This document shows, piece by piece, positions 41,601-54,539 of a stretch of 64,000 bases of DNA. The notes under the pieces were generated by a model that did no database searches, was not told where the DNA came from, and saw nothing but the letters and a program-made list of their open reading frames with translations. How positions within the stretch are numbered: the stretch's first letter is position 1; the number at the start of each line of letters is the position of its first letter. Source of the stretch: Eledone cirrhosa (lineage: Eukaryota); NCBI GenBank assembly GCA_964016885.1, contig OZ024742.1:265608001-265672000 (forward strand). Direction: 5' to 3'. The position numbers were made by a program, and so were the translations under genes.

Positions 41601-43755
41601 GACATGCCAGACTTGTTCTGCGATCTCCTCGAATCGTTCTACTGCAACTGGCAGAAGAACGGGAGTATTCCCAGTTCTGTGAGCAGGGGCGTAATGACGC
41701 TGATAAGGAAAGACGAGAACAAGAGGGACACGCTAGATAATTTCAGGCCCATAACTCTGCTCAATACAGAGTTTAAGATTGTGACCAAGGTGTTAGCGAA
41801 GAGGTTGGTGCTTATCGTCGAGGATTTGGTGGGGTGGGAGGCAAACTTGCGCAAACCCGACCAGGCCGTACACGACAACCTCCGCCTCGTGTGATACATC
41901 ATAGTGAGGGTAGGGTATAAACCTGGCTCCGGTGAGTCTGATGAATTTAGATCAATCAATTAGGTCGACCATCGATACCTGGAGGCTGTCCTCAAGGCAG
42001 CTGTCTTCGGTCCTGTCTTCAGAAGCTGGATTGCTGCAATGCACAGCGGCATCTACTAGGTGGTCAAAGTTAATGGCCACATTTCGGAACCGTTTCAGAT
42101 CTCCCTATTGGTCAGTCAAGGATGCCCTCTCTCCTCCCTTCTGTATGTATTCACTCTCAAGCCTTTACTGCGGAAGCTGGAGCTGCCCAGGACATCCCGC
42201 TCGAACCAGGACGCAGAAAGGCTGTGTCGGCTTATGGGGACGACATCACCGTGATGGTGTCGGATGCCTCGTACATCGAGGTTGGTGGTACCATATTGGA
42301 GGAATATGAAAGGTTGACGGGAGCAAAACTAAACCCGGAAAATTCGGTGACCTTGCAGATCGGCACTTGTGGAGGCAAGTCCATGCCGACCAGCAGCGTC
42401 GTCGGGCGCTGGACAGACGGACCGGTAAAGTTGCTTGGGATGATGGTTAGAACCAGACCTTTAGGTGGATAAGAATTGGGATGAGGTTATGATCAGGGTA
42501 GCTACTCTCAGCCAGAAGTGTCCGAGAGGATGCTGTGCCTGAAGGTCGGGTGGAGGTGCTGAACGCATATATCGCGTGCGTCATCTACTATTACCTGACC
42601 GTCGTGCGTTGCCCCCGTTCGTGCGTTGCCCCCCGTTCGCGCCTCGCAATATTGGAGCAGCTCCTCTTCAACTTTTTGTGGACGCGACAGGTTCCCTTGG
42701 CGAGGCGGTCCATCTCCTTCCAGCACCCTCTACGCGGAGGGCCAGGCATGCTGTGGCTAATGATGCGCAAATATGCGCTGAGGCTGCGAGATCTCCAGAT
42801 ATTCTGCTTAAACGGTGAACAGACATGGTCGCCGTTTGTGAAACAGGCCTTTCCGCAGGTCGCCTCTTTGATGGAGCTGCATGTGCTGGGTTAAGAAGAG
42901 ATCGAGACTGGACGCCTGGTATCTGGTGGACAATGCGGCAACAAGGCGAGTATGCAGCCAGTGTAAATTCCTCTCTCATGCTTTTTAGAGGATTAGTGGC
43001 GGGCAAACGCTACGATGCACTCGGAGAGGCTCTTGTTGTCGACAAAGTCGAAATGACCAATCTGTTGTGGAGGAATTTCGAGTCGAGGACGATGGATAAT
43101 TTCCAGAAATCCCTCGTTTGGCAGTGCTACCGGGGAGCACTGTCAGTTCGAGATAAACTCTAGTGACACGGAAGTACTGTCAGACAGACCTGCCCGAGAT
43201 GCGCGCAGAGTGATGAAATCGTTCTGCACGCATTCGTTCCGTGTCCGTGCATTGGTGCTGTGTGGACTTATGTCGAACAGCTGTTGTCGCCTGTAGAACC
43301 GATCCGGCTATCGGCCGAGTCCATAGTGAAGATCGACCCGCCGCCTTCTTTTGGCCAGGAAGGGCTGGCAATTTTCCTCTGTCTGGTGGCCGTAGCGAAA
43401 GAGATTTATGGTGGACCAGGTTGAAAGGACTGAAGACAGAATCTTTTCTTTTCAGCCAATCCCTCATCGACTTTTTCAAGTTTCACTTGAAAAGAGAGGC
43501 GGGTGGAGAGAGAAGTGCTGCCTCCACCCCATCCCCACCCAGTACATTTGCTAAAATTTGGGTGAATGCGACGAGAATGGCCCGTGTGAATGGGCTTATT
43601 CTGAGCATGCACCAGTAGGCTGGTTAGTTTGAGAAGGATAGGTGCCCTAGAAGGTGGTTCATTATTGGTGGGACACCTGAGTCGACCCTGCGTGGTTGTC
43701 CTCTCTATTGGTGAATTTTCATTGTCGCATTTTTCTTGTTGATTGTCATTTAATA
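38630..43755 (+). mobile_element. Near full-length defective Tx1/L1-clade LINE (ORF1 + ORF2 APE-RT-zinc finger)
   Basis: ORF1 38957-39901 (Asn-rich N-terminus; knuckle remnant CFI*GESGYLRAFC at ~39752). ORF2 from 40062 (MAIFRVGCINVRG), LAGDWNG, DGLPYDLY, NFRPITLLNTEFKI, QGCPLSSLLY, SAYGDDIT, TCPRCAQSDE, ending 43618. Confidence 0.93.
40766..41160 (-). mobile_element. Two SINEs inserted in tandem into Tx1 ORF2
   Basis: 18-bp target AATGAGGCTATTAATAAT present three times (40748, 40957, 41161). Confidence 0.93.
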
Positions 43756-44067
43756 ACAACAGCCGCATATAGCCAAGCAGCTACAAAAATCGTTTTGTTA
43801 CAAATGCTGCAAGTCTTAGAAAAATATGATTTAAACATAGATGTATGATATATAGTAAAATGTAAAGAGAAAAGTAAGTCTGAAATTCCTATTCAATATA
43901 GTGAATGAAATCAAGCGATACACATTTCCATACAATTGTACTGGTGTCAACATTCGCAACTGAAAAATATGATACTTAAAGTCTTTATGAGAATCAAACA
44001 CATACACAGACATACACACACACACGCACACACACACGCGCACACACACACATATAAATAATATATG

Positions 44068-45130
44068 TATGGGAGGGCTGAAAAGTTCATAGGCTGACTA
44101 TGAAAGAGTAACGTGATAGCTGTGAAAGATTGCATGCATTAATTTCCACTCTTGTTATTAATACCTGCATTGGTAAACTAACACCTGACTGTTCAAAGAA
44201 GACTTCAAAAGAAACTAGTAGCGACTTCTCTAGAAATAGTTGTTATAGTAGCTGACATAGTTGCTACATTAGAGAATGACACTCCAGCTTTATCAACAGT
44301 GCAAATGTGGGCATCTGAATTTAGGAGAGAAAGGGAGAGTCTTGAAGATAACCCAAGGCATGGATATCCTGCAACTGCCACCACGGGGGAAAACATTGAT
44401 CGTGTTCACCATATGGTGATGGATGACATGCGATTGACTATAAATCAAATAGCCAATGCTATTTGCATATTCTGTGAGAGAGTTGACAAAATTCTGTACA
44501 ATCAACTTGGCATGACGAAGGTTTCTTCTGACACCTGATCAAAATGAGTGTTGGGTTCATCACGTTGAGCCAGAGGCAAAGAGACAATCCATACAGTGGA
44601 AACATCCTTCTTTACTTCACCTGCTCCAAAGAAAGCTAAAGTCGTTTCACCTGCAGGAAAGCTGATGGTCTCAGTTTTTGGAGATGCAACTGGCATTGGG
44701 TTTATTCACTACCTTCAATGCAGCGTACTATGCCAACTTGCTGAGACAGTAACGAAACCACCAGGAAAACTGACGAAAAGGGTTTTGCTTCTTCAAGACA
44801 ATGCCCCAGTTCACACGTCCTTGGTTTCAATGGCTGCTGTGCGTGACTGTAGCTTTGAGCTGGTTGAACAACCCCCACCTCACCCCAATCTCTTGATTTG
44901 GCCCCATCTGACTATCATCTGTTCCCCAACATGAAAAGCATATGGATATAAACCAGTATCGCATTTATGATGACATCATAGATACTGTTGATGACGATTT
45001 TACTAACAGGATGAAAGTTTCTTCACCAAAGTGATCCAAACACCGCACCACCGATAAAAAATAAATCTCATTTGGACACATTCCATGAGAAAATCTTTGT
45101 CAGCCTTTGAACTTTTCAGCCAGCCCACTT
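44068..45130 (+). mobile_element. Internally deleted mariner (irritans-like)
   Basis: TIRs GGGAGGGCTGAAAAGTTCATAGGCTGAC / GTCAGCCTTTGAACTTTTCAGCCAGCCC. Transposase pieces SLEDNPRHGYPATAT, PKKAKVVSPAGKLMVSVF, LLLQDNAPVH, DLAPSDYHLFP. Confidence 0.9.
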
Positions 45131-45199
45131 ATATATATAAATGTGTATGTGTGTGTATATGTATGTGTGTGTGCGAGTGTGTGTGTGCGTGAGTGGGTG

Positions 45200-45298
<99 letters not shown>

Positions 45299-45657
45299 AA
45301 GACTATGAAACACTCAAACCTGAACGTAAATACATCTAGAACAAGTCTATAGCTATCTAGGAAATAAGAGCATCGATTCTTCTAACCCGTAAACAATACA
45401 CTCAGAAAATAAAAGCCAACTATAAACTAAACGCCTATACTCCGACATCATCCATATTTATAGACCCTTATATTCCGTAAAGCAGCCAGCGACCCGCAAC
45501 AATTACCACTACGGGGAGGCAGACGTTATCAGCCTGCAACTGTCATATATATATATATAGTGGCAGAACACTGGAAGGTAATATCCGTAGTGGTAGAGCA
45601 CTCAGTCCATGGGACGAGTTAGGTAGAAGTGGTTACTCAACAGTTAGTTCACCATAC

Positions 45658-45695
45658 CGAGAACAATTGTTTCACCTTAGCGGATCCTCAGATCG
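45658..45695 (-). ncRNA. Minimal HHR (left arm)
   Basis: cgat CTGAGGA t cc-gctaa-gg t GAAA caattg TT ctcg. One stem I mismatch. Confidence 0.65.
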
Positions 45696-46028
45696 TAATG
45701 GACATGGTTATACGGAACAGGAAGGACACCCGTATGAACACGCATGCGCAGAAACGGTCACTTCACTCAGGCAATACTAAATTGCGTGTGAGAGGTGTAA
45801 GCGATTGCCTAAACTAAAGTGTGAATTCTTCACACGTTGTCCACACGTCTGGAAACACCTCTTACAACAACATCCTAATTTTCTTATCAACTAGAAACTT
45901 TCGGACTTTCGCAGTTATCTCCCTTACATCTCTCGCACGCAATTTAGTATTGCCTGAGTGAAGTGACCGTTTCTGCGCATGCGCGTTCATACTGGTGTCC
46001 TTCCTGTTCCGTATAACCAAGTCTATTA

Positions 46029-46066
46029 CGAGCTGATGATCCGCTAAGGTGAAACAATTGTTCTCG
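46029..46066 (+). ncRNA. Minimal type I HHR (right arm; predicted cleavage after T46062)
   Basis: cgag CTGATGA t cc-gctaa-gg t GAAA caattg TT ctcg. Perfect stem I; palindrome ACAATTGT. Confidence 0.78.
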
Positions 46067-46095
46067 GTGTGGTGAACTAACTGTTGTGTAACCAC

Positions 46096-46195
<100 letters not shown>

Positions 46196-46492
46196 TAACA
46201 CCCACATTAACTCATACATATCATAGGCTATTAAAACTAGATGTACGTACCAGAACAAAGGTGACCCGTTAATTCAGTGGCTAGAAACTGAATATGCTAC
46301 ATTTTTTACTAAAATATAGAACAACTATTATTGAAATGCTTACGGCATCACAGCGAAGCTATTCTGAGAATGAAAGATAGCAAACTTAGATCTTCATGAG
46401 ATTCCTTCGACAATGTCCTTTAACGAAAGGAAATCTTTTAACTGTTCAAGATTCACGAACTTAATTAGTTGATAAGTAATACATACACCCAC

Positions 46493-46626
<134 letters not shown>

Positions 46627-46959
46627 CATGCAATGAATACATACATATATAGGCATATAAATACACACATGAACACACACATACAATATAGACAGATAGA
46701 TACATATACGTGTTTTGTGTGCATGAAAGTGTGTTTATGTGACGTGTGTGAGTATCTGTACGTATGTGTATATGTATGCGTGTCTGTGCGTGTGTCCATG
46801 TGTCAAACCCTCTCACCATTTATCCACAAAAACTAACCAAATTTAGTTCATTTCTCACGAAAACCAGAATGTCCCAACAGAACCTCTTTTGTTATTAAAC
46901 CCTTTTACTATATGATTCATTCTCACTTCGTTAACATTCTTCTAGATTTCAAAATAATT

Positions 46960-47700
46960 TACAATTCCGTTCCACATCTTATAAAACTATTTCTGTCGCC
47001 TTACTAAAGCTTCTTTTTCTATCTTCAATCTGGTATCTCATCATGATGATAAAGTCTCTGTCCTAAAATAACATTGAATGAAATAATATTAAACAAATTA
47101 CTTTTTTAATCAATGTTTCAACATTTGTTGCCGTTGGACAAACATAAATTCTTTCCTGTACTTCGTATCGTAATTAGTTTCATTCTAATTCTTAAGATAA
47201 TGATTTTCTAGACTACGTAACACCATGTTTAGGCTGTATATATTGATGGCATTTACATCTATATTATGATTTGAACAGATAAATCTCTAGGCGTTGGGTA
47301 GCTGCCACAAGTGGCTGTGGAACTTTTGTTAAATGTAATGTAAAGACCTGATAATCTACCCATGTGGTATACTATCAAAGGCTTTCTGATAGTTCCTGTG
47401 GTTCTTCACTATTTTGTCTTGAATCAATTTATTAATTACGTAGCTGCTCTTGACAGCTTTACACTTTCTTCTTTCCCCTAATTTGCTCAGATGTTGTAAT
47501 GTTGTTGACATTGATCCTCCAAGAACAGATTGAGGCACCCAGTGTATAGTTTGTAAATGATGTTCTGGCACGCTATTGAGCGATAATTTTAGCACGGGTA
47601 GTCTGTTAATTTGGGGGCGATGAGAAGATCAATGGCAGTTCATAGCCATTCGCGTGGTTCTTGTATACCTTTGATTCTTACAATTGTATCTTACCTCGCT
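46960..47700 (-). pseudogene. Highly decayed R4/Dong-type RT fragment
   Basis: NYQKAFDSIPHG and an NRLPVL-like motif resembling the 16-18 kb element. Confidence 0.55.
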
Positions 47701-48457
47701 GATAAAAGGTGAGATTCTTAAGCCTGGGCTTAGAGGTTAGACTATTTCCAGTACTGTGTGGTCTATTTTCTATTGCTACTGTTGAGCATTCCAGCAGTAG
47801 TCCTGTTCTAGTTCTGCTACCCCACAGCTTGCATGTTAAACTGGTCGTTTGTTTCCCATACAAATGTCCAGTAACTCTCAATCTGGTCATCTGTAAGGTT
47901 GTCCTTTACAAAGATTGAGACCTTTATATTGAAGCTACGATATACTGATTTGGGATCTCTGTCAATAATATACTCAGTATTTTCCGTTTATATGTTGTAG
48001 ATTTATATTTTAGGTTTTCAGCTGTAGCTGTGGGGTGTTGTTTCAGCTGGTGCAGTTTAGAGTTTACAGTTTTAAATCCTTTATATTTAAATTGCCTCAT
48101 TAGTTTTTTTCTTGTCTTTCTTATGTATATGTGTGTGTTGTGTGTGAGTGTGTGTGTGTAAACAAACATGATATTGATATTTTTTATCCAAAAGTGATTA
48201 AGGTGATTGGATTTACAGATATTCTTATACTATAAGAGACAGATATCTTATACTATAAGCCAGATATCTTATACTATAAGAGACAGCGTGACAATTGGTT
48301 GGATCCATATTAGAACGGCATTCATTATCAATAAAATGAACGTAATATACGTACAGTAATAAAAGCATTAATACTGTACTGTTTCTCTTTCTAAAGAAAT
48401 ATGTTTCTGTTGTTTCAGTTTCAATTCATAAAGGGTAAAAGTGTAATTACAAATGCA

Positions 48458-48537
<80 letters not shown>

Positions 48538-48712
48538 TTCAAGAGTAACCAATCTTAAAGAGAGAGATTGAGATAGTAGAGGAGATATGAGAGGAAAGAT
48601 TGGTGAGTTAGTTAGAAGCCAAAGCGTAAAGGCATGTGCTCAATGTGCAATATGCAGTAGAAAGCAGCTAGGTGGCTGGGTTCATGCAGAGGTTAGGTGC
48701 GCAGAGCTGGAA

Positions 48713-48911
48713 ATATTCATTAGTTAAGCAAAACAAGACCACAAATTTCACAAGGAAGACATTATTAAAAGATTGTCAACATATTTAGTTTGATGTAAGG
48801 AATGTAGAGAAATTCTCTACATTCCTTACATCAAACTAAATATGTTGACAATCTTTTAATAATGTCTTCCTTGTGAAATTTGTGGTCTTGTTTTTCTTAA
48901 CTAATGAATAT
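48713..48911. repeat. Near-perfect 199-bp palindrome (99-bp arms, 1-nt spacer, 1 mismatch)
   Basis: Centre GTAGAGAA-A-TTCTCTAC at 48812; mismatch at 48729/48895. Confidence 0.97.
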
Positions 48912-48929
48912 ATATATATATATATATAT

Positions 48930-49783
48930 ATAAAAGTTTACATATATATATACGTATGTATACATACATATACGTGTATACATACATATACGTGTTTTGC
49001 AACTGGTCACTTTTTGGCTCAATGAAAAATTAATAAATTAAACAATCAGAGCTATATATCATAAAACATGTCTATAGAATCACAAGATAAAATATATACT
49101 ATTTCCTCTACCAATTAGCATAATTAACTATATAAAAAATCGAATAGACCAGGCTATACGAATGAGGCTTCTATGAAGGAATCTCCAACAAATAACCAAA
49201 ACTAGCGCTTCGCGTCGGCTGTAGTGGAATATTTATCGAATATTTCGACAGCGTAATCGCCTAGATACAGTCAACTAAGCAGAATTAGGTTTAAAATAAA
49301 CTAGGAGAAAATAGAATACATTTAAATACCTCTACCATGGTTTCGTCCGTGTTTTGAGTTTTCCAATAATTATGTAATAATTATATAAACTCGAGCGCCG
49401 GATTCTTCAGGAAGCTCGCTCATATCTAGACATTAAATTTTCCAAAACGATCGCGCCAAGAATTCATTTCAAAATGGCTAAAAATCGTGACGTAGTCGCG
49501 GTCAAGTTGGAAGGGGTGTGGTAGTTGCTTACGACTGGTGGCATATTTGCTAGAAAGCACAGCACAATACAGCCAAATTTGTATCTCAACCTAGTGGGAG
49601 ATCATTACATATAAAAGTTTACATATATATATACATATACATACATATACGTGTTTTGCAACTGGTCACTTTTTGGCTCAATGAAAAATTAATAAATTAA
49701 ACAATCAGAGCTATATATCATAAAACATGTCTATAGAATCACAAGATAAAATATATACTATTTCCTCTACCAATTAGCATAAT

Positions 49784-49793
<10 letters not shown>
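48930..49793 (-). mobile_element. Terminally redundant non-coding HHR element (659-bp period) inserted in (TA)n
   Basis: CGTGTTTTGCAACTGGTCAC...GCATAATTAACTATATA is identical at 48991 and 49650. HHR lies in the unique middle. Confidence 0.8.
49329..49414 (-). ncRNA. Type I HHR with elongated stem II
   Basis: cttc CTGAAGA atccg..gagttt...aaactc..cggac GAAA ccatgg TA gagg. Palindrome ACCATGGT; A-C at base of stem II. Confidence 0.75.
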
Positions 49794-49854
<61 letters not shown>

Positions 49855-50179
49855 TTAATATACAGATGCAGAAATAGATAAACAGTTAATGGGGCATATG
49901 AACATTATGATCTCGAAAAAGAAAATCCTCGAATTCCGAATTAAGATGAATTAGCATCTTGAATAAAAAGGAAGTTTTCAATGCCAATCGCATGTTGAAT
50001 CACGGAATTTGAAACCGTAGCGAAAGAAGAAAGGATATGCTGCACGTTTTCAACACTAGAATACGCTTTTAATAAAGTTTCTTTTACCAAGATGAAGCAC
50101 CATTTTGTTGTTTCTTTTTTTTGGGGGGGGGGGGAGTTGTTGTCGCTTTTGTTGTTTTTTTTAGATTTTTCTTCTCCAC

Positions 50180-51456
50180 ACTTTTAAGATATTTTAATAC
50201 TTTCACTTATCTCCTTGTCATTTAGCTCAAATGACACAGTCATGCAATCCTCCAAAGTAACAGCGTCACAAAGCTTAGCTGCACATGAGGGTTCCACAAC
50301 TGTTGAAATTCGTCACCACTTCCGTTTTCTGCTAAACGTGTTTAAACGTGTTTAAACGTGTTTCTGAAGAGATGAAAATCGCGGGATTATCCAACATTTT
50401 TAATTATTACGTCCTTTACTGCCCACCAGGATTCTACTAACATGACAATTGTTTGTTTAACATCAGCTGTTAAAATGTCGTCACCACTCTTCACATTAAA
50501 AATCAACTTTTTCAAAAACTGTTTTCTTTAATGCGTTTTCACGGACTGAAATATTCCTAGATCCAATGGTTATAACATTACAGTGCAATTTGGCGAAAGA
50601 TACTCCACCCGAATGCTATCTAAATGAAGAATTCTTTTATGCACAAAATACTTGTCCATTAACTGTATAATTTTGCGTTTTCCTTCTACGTTATATGTCT
50701 GATTTAGCTAACCAAACGGCGAACAAATCTCTCGTCATTCAAACCTTCTTGTTGGAAGAGAGTTTATATTTTTGAAGCATATGAATTTAATGTTATCTTC
50801 TAATAACAAAGGGAGGTAATGCTGTCGGTTCTCAGTGCTGCAACAAACAAGAATCGTTATCCAATGTTTTTCTTCCTTCACTGCAGGGATCTACTTTGAA
50901 TGCTAGAGTGTGGTGAGAACAACTGAAAAGAAAAGCCGGTTGCACCTGCGTTGAATATGTTTCCTTTGTTGTAAGAAGAAATAATGAATTTATTTTTCTT
51001 CTCTCCACTCACTTGCATTTTGTACAGAAACGGCGGTCTTCTCATCACAGATAACTCGAGTTGCTATGTAACAATCAGAAAATTAATTCATTCTCATGTC
51101 ACCGACCTGAAAATCCAAGTAACTTAAACGTTTTGTCATATCCAAAGATTGCTCTGATATCATTGACTCGGTAATTGCAATGTTCTTTACATTCGGTTTA
51201 TAAATAATGCAAAAACTGTATCATCAATATTTTCAAACACCATAGAACTTATGCTTTTCGTTGTGATCCAAAGTTTGCATCTTTCAAATTTTTTTCAACT
51301 TCAGATTGAACCTTGAAATGCATGGGTAATTCCAATAGATTAATATTAAACAACAACGGAATATTTGTTTTGTATTATTGCGAATCAACGGCTCACAGCA
51401 TTTCCAAATTTTCTTCTAATAAAAAAAGGTCGCATTTTCTTCAGTTTGCTTTCCAT
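50180..51456 (-). pseudogene. Decayed pogo/Tigger (CENP-B-like) transposase
   Basis: N-terminal MESKLKKMRPFLLEENLEML, FENIDDTVF..., and DDE_1 segment IRVEYLSPNCTVML*PLDLGIFQSVKTH*RKQFL. Confidence 0.75.
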
Positions 51457-51941
51457 AATTTACACAATACCGCAGTAAAAAATGACAGCGCAGGCACAAA
51501 TAAATTTGGGACCTTTTTTCTTGTTTTCTGGTACCCATGGAACATTTTGTGTTTTAGAGTGAGTTTTCAAATGAAAATTGAAATTCTTTCCCCAGAAATT
51601 GAAGCGGCTAGTATGAAGTCTTAAAATATACATTATTTGTTTTTGTTAGTTGTAGCGAGAACATTTGGTTGTTTGGTGTTATATTTGCATCGTTGTACTG
51701 AAATATTAACTGTAACGAGACACCTTTAACGTTATTTAAATAGGTTTATGGCAAGAGATTGAAATAAATTCCACTATAATGAACCTTTCCTTATATTAGT
51801 TACACCAGAACTTCACCTGTATATATATACATATGTAATTTTTCTTTACATGTCAATATCTAATATCAAGATAAATGAGTTCCAATAAATCTAATCTACC
51901 CACGACATACCATACAAAAGACAAATACTTAGTTATAAAAA

Positions 51942-51979
<38 letters not shown>

Positions 51980-51980
51980 G

Positions 51981-52012
<32 letters not shown>

Positions 52013-52373
52013 ATATAATATATATATACACCCACGCACAACAAACCACCCATACATACAAACATACACACTTATTTTTATATACACAGGCACATATACA
52101 ACCAGTAGAAATGCCACCTATATTTAGTGGACAGAGAAAGTATTTGTTATCAATTGGTCAGAGATTTATAAACACACTCACATACAGTCACATATACAAA
52201 TGCATAAACATACACATACATAAACACATATTTATATATTCATATATAACTCTCTCTCTCTCTCCCCATATATATATATATATATATCCCTATATACACA
52301 TACGTACACACACACGCAAATATATTCATATATCTATACATATACATACACACACACACATATATATATATAT

Positions 52374-52420
<47 letters not shown>

Positions 52421-52932
52421 TGTGTGTGTATATATATATATATATATACACGCACATATATACATATATACATATTATATACATATATACATATATACAG
52501 ACACATATATACATATATATATATATATACATTCTTCTATAGAATATGTATTTGGTATATATACAATATACCGTATTTCTTGTACGATATATGTCTCTTT
52601 CTCTCTCTATAAAAACATATATCTTTTCATTTGGTTATTATGGCTCTAGATAAAGTCTATTGAGCTTATTTATTGAGAAACACAACCTTCTAAACATATT
52701 TGACGTTTTAATTCATTATATATATATATATATATATATATAAACAAATAGTAGAAAGGAAAAAGATTTTTTTTCAGTAGAAAATGCTGAAGAGATTCTT
52801 TCAGTGTAATATCAAAACATTTATTTATTTATAAAGAGGATATTTCCGCATTTAATAATAGTACCGGTTTCAGCATTATATACATTGTCAACTGCGGATA
52901 TGCATAATATGGTTAAGTTCCATATTTATACA

Positions 52933-52970
<38 letters not shown>

Positions 52971-53175
52971 GGGGAAGAGAAGTTATTCATTTTTACATAT
53001 ATATTTTGAGAGGAGAGTTCATATCTCAGTCCGTGTTTGTCCTTCTATCTCTGTTAGTTGGTTAACACTTCTGTTAGCCAACTAACAGAGAAAGTATGTT
53101 TTTCTACTGAAAAAATCTTTTTCCTTTCTACTGTTTGTTTTTATATATATCAACTCGTGTGTTAGTTTTCTACTT

Positions 53176-53255
<80 letters not shown>

Positions 53256-53333
53256 GTGTGTGTGTGTGTATGTATATAGTGAAAGAGTGAAGAATAATAT
53301 GGTCAACAGTACGAAAAGGGATTTATTTACAGT

Positions 53334-53437
53334 ATTAACAATTGTTTCATTGATTAAGTTGTCTAAAAATTGCTAATCACTTGAAGTTGTGTCACTCAAT
53401 TTGAAATACAATGTATGCTTAATCAAATCATCGGAAT
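53334..53437 (-). ncRNA. HHR with long stem II in the pseudo-LTR of a Naiad-like PLE
   Basis: att CCGATGA t ttgattaag...cttaatcaa t GAAA caattg TT aat, followed by AATAAA. U4 is replaced by C. Confidence 0.68.
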
Positions 53438-53459
53438 TTGATTAAGTTTTTTGAAACTA

Positions 53460-53965
53460 TCGTTCAGAGGGCAGAACTGATTTGTAGGATTTATACGTTG
53501 CATAGTTTTTGTGCAGGCAATTCGGGCAGTGTTCAGAGAGTTTGTTCGGGGCCAAGTCCTTGGCAAATAGTATTTCATTGCTCTCCGAAATACAAAGATC
53601 ACAATACTTGTGTCCTCCTATGTATGAATGCGTTCTCTGGAGTAATTTTCATTTGAGCGTGAAGGAATTGGAGTTCTTCTTGAGGTCCCAGACATAGGCG
53701 GCGAGTGTTGTTTGGGTGGATTTGTTCGGTCTTCTGAACGAGTGGGTATGGGCATATCACCGGGTCTTAAATTTGTTAGATATTATTTCGATATATGTTC
53801 TTTTGTTGTTGCCAATACCTGAGATGACATCGCATTTATATACGATGTTATTCATCAGATATTTGTTTTCGAGTGGACACGCTTCCTTATTGTGGCAGTT
53901 GCACAAGGCTCCCGTCCAAGGATGGGTTTCTTTCGAAGTTATTAGGCTTATTTAATTTACCAGTG
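53460..53965 (-). pseudogene. Penelope-like (Naiad-type) GIY-YIG endonuclease 3' fragment
   Basis: CNCHNKEACPLENKYLMNNIVYKCDV...TYIE...FKTR*YAHTHSF...TTLAAYVWDLK...CDLCISE...NKLSEHCPNCLH. Confidence 0.82.
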
Positions 53966-53982
53966 TTGAGCTTCGCTGTATT

Positions 53983-54062
<80 letters not shown>

Positions 54063-54539
54063 CATATATATGATGGCTGCCCCCACGTTATCGAGTATGG
54101 CACGATATACCATTATTAATTAATTCTATCGTGCAATGCCTGTGCGTGAAGATATTTTTTAAAGTGAGGAAAGACTGTGCACTGAGCCAATCTCACTCTC
54201 TGAGCGACTGTAGCTATAACCCGAAAAGAAAAGATCAACATCATCGGAAACTACTGAGCCACAGGTTTTATATCGGAGTTATCCCAGTTTCCTAAGTTGC
54301 CTTCTCCTAGAAGAATTCCCTGAGAAAGGCTAGGGGCCCTTCACTCCCAGTGGTTTAACCGCGCGATCGGTTGTCCAGCCCGACTATTTCTATGTCCCCG
54401 TGCATATACATACATATGCACCCATGTATATACACATATACATATACATACATATGTACATGCGTATATACATATTTACACACTTTTGGATGGCTGTTGA
54501 CTCTTATGAGTTCTTCCTCCCTTTGTCAGGTATTGTTTT

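Noticed and set aside
45629-46095. Paired ORFs MVTQQLVHHTENNCF on opposite strands
   Set aside because: They are translations of the inverted HHR arms.
50333-50363. Short 10-bp tandem repeats considered as CRISPR-like
   Set aside because: There are no spacers and the context is eukaryotic; this is simple slippage.
53460-53965. In-frame TGA codons in a Naiad-type PLE, suggesting selenocysteine recoding
   Set aside because: The TGAs fall at apparent Trp/aromatic positions (FKTR*, LK*KLL), while the Cys codons are TGC/TGT. Ordinary nonsense decay is more likely.
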